Source of the DNA: Catajapyx aquilonaris
Lineage: Eukaryota
Length of the DNA stretch: 64,000 nt
Direction: 5' to 3'
Assembly (NCBI GenBank): GCA_000934665.2
Contig: KZ538245.1
Coordinates: 1-64,000, forward strand
Shown here: positions 52,140 to 64,000 of the stretch, piece after piece
How positions within the stretch are numbered: position 1 is the first letter of the stretch
Layout: each line of letters begins with the position of its first letter
Made by a program: the position numbers and the translations under genes
The notes under the pieces: model-generated
The model's database searches: none
What the model was told of the DNA's origin: nothing
Seen by the model: the letters and a program-made list of their open reading frames with translations, nothing else

Positions 52140-52694
52140 CATCTGGTAAATAGGCTAGACCCTTCCAACACACACAATCTCGTTACACCAGAGCGTGGTT
52201 CTGTGGTAGCGCATCGGACTCTCGATCTAAGGGTCCTGGGATCTAATCCCGGGGCTTTTTCCGTTGTGGTCTGAGAAGAAGAATTTTTTTTTGCAGCCGA
52301 CAGTGACGTAGGCGAGTGGTCATCGTCACCTCCTTGGGGTCATCAGGACGGTCATTCGGCATCACTGTTTGGATTAATAAAATAATAAATCCCCCACCCG
52401 CTGTCGGTGGAGATGAGCAGATCGTCGACGCGGTTTTAGATAGTCTACTTTCATGTAATAAATAAAAATAATTTTATTTCTTCTTCCCCACCCCTCCCTC
52501 CAGTGCCCCTCTCTATTGACCCGGAAGATGAAGAGGTCGCGCCGTTCATGATGGCAACAAATATTTTTACTCTCACTCTCACCCGGGATTTGAACCCGGA
52601 TCTCTAGATTGAGAGTCGAGAGCGCTGCTCCCACGGCCAGCTCGCACCATCCACTCTCACGTGTCAATCGGAAGGTGTAGCCTATTTACCAATG
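52140..52694. mobile_element. TIR-bounded element carrying tRNA-like cassettes; a second, inverted partial copy ends at 53587
   Basis: catctggtaaataggctagacccttcc ... ggaaggtgtagcctatttaccaatg; 53455-53587 is the reverse complement of about 52140-52275. Confidence 0.7.
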
Positions 52695-55409
52695 CAATTT
52701 TTTGATGGTTTTAACTTCACTTCATTTATCATACTCTTATATTGTAAGGGTTGTATTGGAACTACGTCACATTCATATACTAATATATAACCGGCGAGGC
52801 ATTCTTCACATCGAGAGATATACTGTATGTGTAGCTATCTATGTACTATGTACATTCTCATTACGAAAGATCCGACAGATGGAGACCGAGGTAGGGCCTG
52901 CCCCCAGACCAAAAACCTAATACTAGGGCCTTTCAGGTCAAAGGTCAGGCTGAAACAAACCATTGAAAATGCCCTAAAAAGTGTGCCGATTAATTTGCAT
53001 GTGCTGCTGATTTGATGGGACCTATAGTTTAAATAGCACGGTTAAATATTTGGGGGGCTAATGGGTTTGAGAATGGGAACTCCCTGGTATAAGACAAATG
53101 TAGGGACTATGGGGTGCGTAGGGCGGGGGCTGCCGGGATGGACAACAACAAGCGAAGCCACTTGATCATTTTGATTACTTTTTTTTATTTTACTTTTTTC
53201 TTCGAAAAAAGTGACCGCCCCCTCCCATTAAGCAGGTGTCTTAAAAATTTCCAAAAAAAATTCTCCCCTCCCCCTCCTGTCCTCCCCCTCTCCCTCTCCC
53301 TCTCCCTCTCCACCCCTCCCCCCCTCTTCGCTGCTCATCCTCCGACACCTTCTGATGAAGAAGTGTTGGGGAAACTGCGACGAAGGAACAGTCGCCATCT
53401 TGGCCAGAGATGACGGATGCAAATTTTTTTTTTCTTCTTCTTCTTCTTCTTCTCAGACCGCAACCGAAGAAGCCCCGGGATTAGATCCCAGGACCCTTCG
53501 ATCGAGAGTGCGATGCGCTACCACAGAACCACGCTCTGGTGTAACGAGATTGCGTGTGTTGGAAGGGTCTAGCCTATTTACCAGATGCAGTATTCATTAC
53601 AATAATATTTTAAAGGGAAGGAAAAAGGACTTGTACGAGTAGATAAAATCGAAAATCGGGAAAATAATGAGGCAGTCTCCAGAGGGATTCGAACCCGCAA
53701 CCTCAGATCAGGAGGAAGACGCCTTAGCCCCACGCCCACAGGCTTCTTGTATTTTCCTCCCTTGTAAAACATGTACTGCCCATTCCGTCAGAAAATCGGA
53801 GGGAAAATGACTGGGAGGTTTTGGCTATAAGATTTTTATGGCTCCTAATTTATTTATTTATTTATTTATTTATTTATTCGCCTTTACAAATGCAGGTTAT
53901 TAAAATCTACGCCACTTGTACTGTACTAGCAGGTTCCGGCAGGTTCTGGATGCGAGATTTTTTTTATTGGCTCCCTGTTCATTCTCAGAGCATATACCCA
54001 TAGCCTACGAATCTGACGATTGCGAAGATATCAAATGTACGTAATAAGAAATTTAATTGCACTTTGTCACAACATATTGCAAGTTTCAAATATCGTTTAT
54101 TTTGTGCACCATGTCGAATCCACCTGTGGAAGTATGAAATCTTTTATGCTTATACTTATTTAATTGAGAAAAATAATTGGCACCGGTCTGGGATCGAACG
54201 TGGGACCTTACAATTAGCAAGAGAAGACGCTAACCATCCGCCTACAAGCTACCAACAGATATTCATTGCTTGGAAGTTGTAGTTCCTCTGCAGGATTGGA
54301 TTATTAGGCATATCTCTATATATAGGCAGTCTGGTTGCTTATTGATTTGAAAACAATATTATTGATCAGGATTATAACGAAATCATGCCTATACCAGTAC
54401 AGTACGTCATGTTTATGAATATGGAAACTGCTTATCTAGTTACCGACATGTATTGTCTGCTGAGACCATAAGTGTGAGATAACTATTATGAGAGGTGTTG
54501 CATAATGGAAATAACGTGACCTAACAATACATATTGTAATGATGTGTCTCCAACAATCAAATGTATGACAGCATAATCTTTTCCAGCGCATACTGTATTT
54601 CTGGAGAGAACATCATTACCTCATCCTGTAGTTTATTCATCCCAATTTGTCCCATTATCAGGTTAAATGTAGGGTAAAATCATTTCATAATTTTTTTTCC
54701 TTCTATTCAGCTTTATGAAAGTAAATTTTCTTACATAATTTATATTTATAATTATTGTACATCACAAGCCTTTAATTAGAACAGTTACTTACATTTTTCA
54801 CATTATAGTTTACCACAACTCCTTATTCTCTCGTTGAATCAATAATAGGCAAAATTATCTAGAAATTATTGTGAGAAATTGTTTTCATTACTCTTTGAGC
54901 AAATGTGGTTTTTTTTACAAATAATAATTACTTATTGAAATAAATAATTTTTTTTGAGTATTTGTGTTTCATACATTTCAAGTACAGTAGTATGCACATG
55001 CACTTTTATTTATTATAAATAAATCCGGGATATATTTTGTGAACTCTCCGCACATCTGCATTTCCTGACCGGTTTTTCGCAGACATGTTTTTCGCAGAAG
55101 TAATTAATATTGTGAAATTTCTAAATATAGTTTTCAAAGAATTTGAACACATACGCACATGTTATTGCCCTCGGTTAAGTAATATGTTTACGGTTGCAAA
55201 ACAAAATAATACGTGAAGCATGTCTGACAGATATAATAATATTATCCTGTCACAATATTGTCACAAAGTTTACGTCTGGAACACAATGTTAGAAATGTCT
55301 ATTGTCATTGAAATATAAGCGACACTATTCACATGTCAATCACAAGTAAAAGTGGACAGGTCAAATACAAAACAGGTTCCACACAGTTTGAATACAAACA
55401 CTCTGAAAC

Positions 55410-56602
55410 ATGGAGTGCTATCCAGAGTATCCGCACTATTTCACACTAATCGCAGCCGCGTACTGGCTTCTTATCTGCTTCGTCGGAGGGTTTGGCAATC
55501 TCTTGGTCCTAATCGCTCTTCCCTATGCGAGAAGAAGATGCAGCGATCCACGTAGCCCGCTCAAGAGCTGTACGACTGTGTTGCTCCTCAGCTTAAGCCT
55601 GGCCGACTGCCTCTTCTGCTTCATCACCCTCGGAGGATCCGCCATCACCATGTTGATTGGGAAGTGGTACATCGGTTCAGGACTCTGCTACGCAACATCG
55701 TTCGTCAGCCACATTCTCGGCATCGCATCTCCTAGTTCGCTTGCAGCCGCTACGATGAGCCGGTACATATTACTTTCCATGTAACGTAATGTAACGTACT
55801 AATGAAATATCTGACCGTAGGACGATGGAATTGTGGTGGCCGTCAGGAGCTGCGGTTATATTCGAAGCGTACAACGGCATACCGTCAGTCATCGGCGTTT
55901 GGTTACTCGCAAGCATAGCACCAGTACTCGGAGCTGTGAGTTACACACTGCTGTAAAGCAGAAACAAATTGTTAATCGCACTATATACAGGTTCAGAATC
56001 TGTTTGGATACAATCCGATACCTGGATGCTGCGTGATCATCAGCGTGGATCAGACGACGTCAAACATCGCGTACGGATTGTGCATCGGTATCCCTTGGGT
56101 CGTGGTTCTAGTGTGTCTCATACTCATTTGGGTGAAGCTGAGCAAAAATTGGTCGGAGCTGAAGCAATTCAAGTAGGTAAGAGCCGTAAGATGGGCACAA
56201 CAATTAGCTTTTAACGTTTGTTTTTTTTGTTCGCAGAGATGTTGGTCAGAGTACGCTTCGAGAGCTGAAAAACCGGGAGCGGAAAATGGCATTGTTGCTT
56301 ACATTATTGGCCGCAGCTTATTCCAGCACGACAGCTCCGGTCGTGGCTCTTTACGTTTTCAGCGAAGGAGGACCATGGGCCGTACCGTACATTTACTTCA
56401 CATTCTTAATGCTTTACTATTACGCCATAAACGTGTTCCTCTACTTCTACAGGTACGCTTTGTAATAATTGCAGCTGTGACGACGTACTGAATTTTTATA
56501 CATTAATTTTGCAGGATACAGAGCTACCGAGATGCATTTCTCCGGCTTTACAAAGACGCATGCAAATGCGGATGCCGCCAACTGTTCAGATTACGCTCAT
56601 AA
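55410..56602 (+). CDS. Tre1/Moody-like GPCR paralog 2 (short N-terminus)
   Basis: VGGFGNLLVLIAL (TM1), LLLSLSLADCLF (TM2), LCY..SLAAATMSR (TM3), NVFLYFYRIQSYRDAF (TM7/H8); five exons. Confidence 0.75.
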
Positions 56603-56979
56603 ATTTATTTGTGTACATGCCGAACACTGATTTGTATATAAACGAACACTTATGTTGGTGAGTTGTAAGTTGAACCTTTTCCGCAAAATATACGATTAGT
56701 ATTTGCAACAACTTCCTGTAATTACGGCCACTTATTTGCTCAGTCGGTTTCACGATCAATACTCCAAATAGGACATGTTATTCGCATATCAACTGCGTAC
56801 AATGCGATTTAGTTGCGACACTACCATCGACTCTGCTGCGTTTGACACATCGCAAATTGGAGGACAATGTACTCTTCGTGCGGGAGCAACAACATGACCA
56901 TCAGTTTTCTTGGCAGGACAATGCCGTACGTAATTAACTATTGTCATTCCTCCGCCAATCATCGGCTCAGTCTGCTGCA

Positions 56980-58245
56980 ATGGCAAACGGCAGCTTCAAC
57001 GTTACATACTTTTGCGCAAAAGACGACCAGGAGACTTCTCGTGTGTGCCTGACCGAATCATGGGCACCGTCATGTTGCTATCCGCCGTACCCGTCATATT
57101 TCGCCGTGATTATGGGAACGTACTGGCTCATCATGGGAATCGTCGGAGGGTTTGGAAACCTCATGGTGCTGATAGCCTTGCCGTATGCCAGAAGAAAGTG
57201 CACGGATCCTCGTAGCCCACTGAAGAGCAGCACAACGGTCCTTCTGCTGAGTCTGAGCCTCTCGGATTGTCTCATATGCTTCATCGTCATCGGTCCGTCA
57301 GCTATCGTTACGTTCATCGGAAAATGGTGCCTCGGATATAAATTCTGCTACTTTTTCGCCTTCAACTATCATCTGCTAGGATTAGCATCACCGTACTCGA
57401 TGGCAGCAGCTACAATAAACAGGTAATTGGCGATCCAAATTTTTCTGAAATTTGCGTTAGTTGTACAAACGTGTACCGCATTTTCTGTTAATTAAAAAGG
57501 GCGATGAAGCTGTGGTGTCCTGCCGCAACGGACAAGATATTTGAGCCGTACAGCAGTCTCCCGGTAGTACTTGGCGTATGGATTCTATCAAGTTTAGTGC
57601 CCATATTAGCCGCTGTAAGTATTAACAGCGCTACGTACTAATTGCGACTAATGATAATTTTAAAATGTGCAGGTCCATGATGACATCGGATACAGTCGAA
57701 TCCAAGGCGGATGCGTTATAATCACAGCGAACCTTCCGATTTCAAGCACTCTATTCGGAATAGCAATGTGTCTTCCGCTTATTGCGGTGCTTGTTTGCCT
57801 CGTACTAATCTGGATCAGGCTCAACAAAAATTGGTCGGAACTGAAGCAATTCAAGTACGAATTACTTCCCCGATTATTCACGGCACAGTAACCACACGCT
57901 GTCTTATTACAGAGGCATCAGCCAGACTACGCTACAGGAGTTAAAACGCAGGGAAAAGCGAATGGCGAACCTATTGATGCTTTTGGCCGCCACTTATTTT
58001 ACGTCGATTGCACCGATTTTCGCTTTTTACGCATTCAGCGAAGGAGGACCGTGGGTTCAACCTAACATCTACTTCACGTTCCTTACAGTCGACTACTTTG
58101 CGGTCAACGTGTTCCTCTACTTCTACAGGTAAAGGATAATCCGCAGCATAAATCCAACCCGGCTAATTTTCAATCTCTCCGCAGGATAAAGAGCTATCGA
58201 GATGCAATGGCACTGTTCTACAAAGACATGAGCTGTACGAAATAA
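56980..58245 (+). CDS. Tre1/Moody-like GPCR paralog 3
   Basis: MANGSFNVT (N-glycosylation sequons), GFGNLMVL, LSLSLSDC, AATINR, KRREKRMA, NVFLYFYRIKSYRDA; five exons. Confidence 0.8.
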
Positions 58246-58771
58246 GACGGGTCGTCTAGCATCGTAAGATTAAAATGTTAACATGTTTTATCAGTGTCAT
58301 TCTTTCATGTTTTTTTTTTTATTCACCACCCGAATCAACGTAACTCACAAAACTTGAAAACCTAAGTGTCTCTAAAGAGGTGCTCAATTATCCACACGAA
58401 AAGGTCACGCAACATTTGCAGTTATCACAACAACACCTTACAAGTGATCAAAAATTAAATTTTTTTTGGCAACACTTTAAAAAAAATGCAAAAAGCACTT
58501 TTTTAAAAAAAATTACCGTCAAAATAACCAAACAAATCAGGCACAATGCGTGGAAATTATTGAAAATGTTCATTGCGCAGTTAAATCACATGGGTCGGCT
58601 AACAAGTTACGAGTAAACTTGCTACACTTGATTGGTTACGGGGCCTGAGATCACCACACTGAAAAAGTCTTGGTCCAATTATAAACTTCCCGTTTCCTGA
58701 AACACACAAAAATTAGTTCGTTAATATACAAGTCGGACGACATCGAATCGATACCATCGTACCTCGAAACT

Positions 58772-62625
<3,854 letters not shown>

Positions 62626-62960
62626 GGCTGAAATCCACGCCATCAAACAGGGTGCGCAGATCAGGAGGACACGTCACGGGGCACGAAAACTTGGCATGAA
62701 ATCTTTTATTAAATGGATCGTGCCAAAATAAATTGTATATTATTTTATTTATGATAAAACCTGTTATCTTATTTAAGTGAGTGGATTTCGCAGTGTCATG
62801 CAAGGTCTGGCAACATTGGGGGGAGGGTGACGTCACGTTCGGCGCGGGCTGATTGAAAATCATGTTGTTGTTTTTTGATCATGTGTTTTTTAAAATGAGG
62901 CTCAGACGCGTTCGGGACGCGATTGAGGAGCGTCTTTCCATTACGGCCAGCGCACATACT

Positions 62961-63275
62961 ACATAAGATGCGCAAACTTCTGTCGGCGCCTTTGATGTCC
63001 GCGTCTCTCTGTTTGGGCCCGTTGCCCAGGATGGCGGCCATTTTGAAGTGTGGGGAACGCCAACGAGTACAGGCAAAAATATGGTCCGCCATCTTTGATT
63101 CGCGCGTGTTCTTGCCGTGTAGTTGCCATGGCCGCCAAAACCATCAAAGATGGCGGACCATATTTTTGCCAGCACCATATATTTATACCTCGTTGGCGTT
63201 CCCCACACTTCAAAATGGCCGCCAGCCTTGGCAACGCCACAAACAGAGAGACGCGGAAATCGAATGTTTGCGCCG
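62961..63275. mobile_element. Second copy of the fold-back repeat found in the IR-B intron
   Basis: Shared sequence with 11145-11468; the ORF-track peptides at both loci match (e.g. RKLLSAPLM..LCLGPL..AAILKCGERQR). Confidence 0.8.
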
Positions 63276-64000
63276 ATTATATGCTCCCTGACCATGGTTT
63301 TAATCGACATTTCGCCCCTAATCTTGATCATGTTTAGTCTGCTGTCCGTTTCGTCCATCAGTCGCGATCACGTCTGAAACGCGTCTGTCATTTTTAAAGT
63401 GTGAAAGGCTTCACTTTAAAATTGCTAAAAACAAAGCGAATAAACAAACATAATATTAATTATGCACTTTAATGGATGGAATATGCTGTACCATGAAACA
63501 TGTCTGTAGAATAGTAGCTTTGTTCCGGAATTAAATGAAATAATTATAGCAAATAATGAGTAATAATGCCTAATAATAACTAATAGCAATATTGTACATA
63601 ATTATGTGATTATTATATACAATATTGTAGGCTACACACAATATTAATTATTGCGATATAACATTGTGATACATAGGCTTATTATTATTTTCATCATTGT
63701 ATTATTTTATTAGTATTCGTTTATCATCATCATCATCATCATCCTTATTAAGACAATAATAAACATGTCTGTAGAAGCTTTGGTCCGGAAACAAATAAAA
63801 TTGCAACAAAAAATTAACACGAAAAACATTTTTACTGCAACGTACATTATTATACTTATACCACTGTAATTGAGAGTTTGACATAATAAGAAGGTATTGC
63901 GTGTAATTATTGTTTTTATCGTTTTTATTTTTCGGGTACTGACACATACATCGACCTGCAATGTCAATTACACTCATTTTCTCGACATTGTTATTCTCAG

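Noticed and set aside
52193..52258. Possible functional tRNA genes (also 13945-14007 and 53675-53742)
   Set aside because: Acceptor stems do not pair and the sequences sit in dispersed repeats; treated as tRNA-derived.
62796..63377. Cluster of ORFs upstream of RPN2
   Set aside because: They coincide with the fold-back repeat also found in the IR-B intron and show no protein-like motifs.

Overview
Eukaryotic, almost certainly arthropod, genomic DNA: gene-dense, with short GT-AG introns and many MITEs, tRNA-derived repeats and minisatellites. Gene order: partial C2H2-zinc-finger/Mutator-like transposase ORF (-), BRIX1 (+), two tandem divergent ionotropic receptors IR-A and IR-B (-), a DUF1647-like type II membrane protein (+), a secreted six-cysteine propeptide (+), TRAM1 (-) interleaved with NDUFA8 (+), Ars2/SRRT (+), a signal-peptide-bearing globin (-), a third divergent IR, IR-C (+), three Tre1/Moody-like GPCR paralogs (+, the first frameshifted) and RPN2 (-). 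Highlights: (1) Paralog-specific introns in the IR genes are bracketed by 6-11 bp direct repeats spanning AG|GT and filled with repeat or MITE DNA, a signature of recent insertion-driven intron gain. (2) TRAM1 and NDUFA8 appear to be mutually interleaved, each lying partly inside an intron of the other. (3) Ars2 has two alternative terminal exons, each encoding a variant of the cap-binding-complex docking C-terminus. (4) A putative secreted globin is present. All gene models were read by eye from splice signals and reading-frame continuity; no database searches were run.
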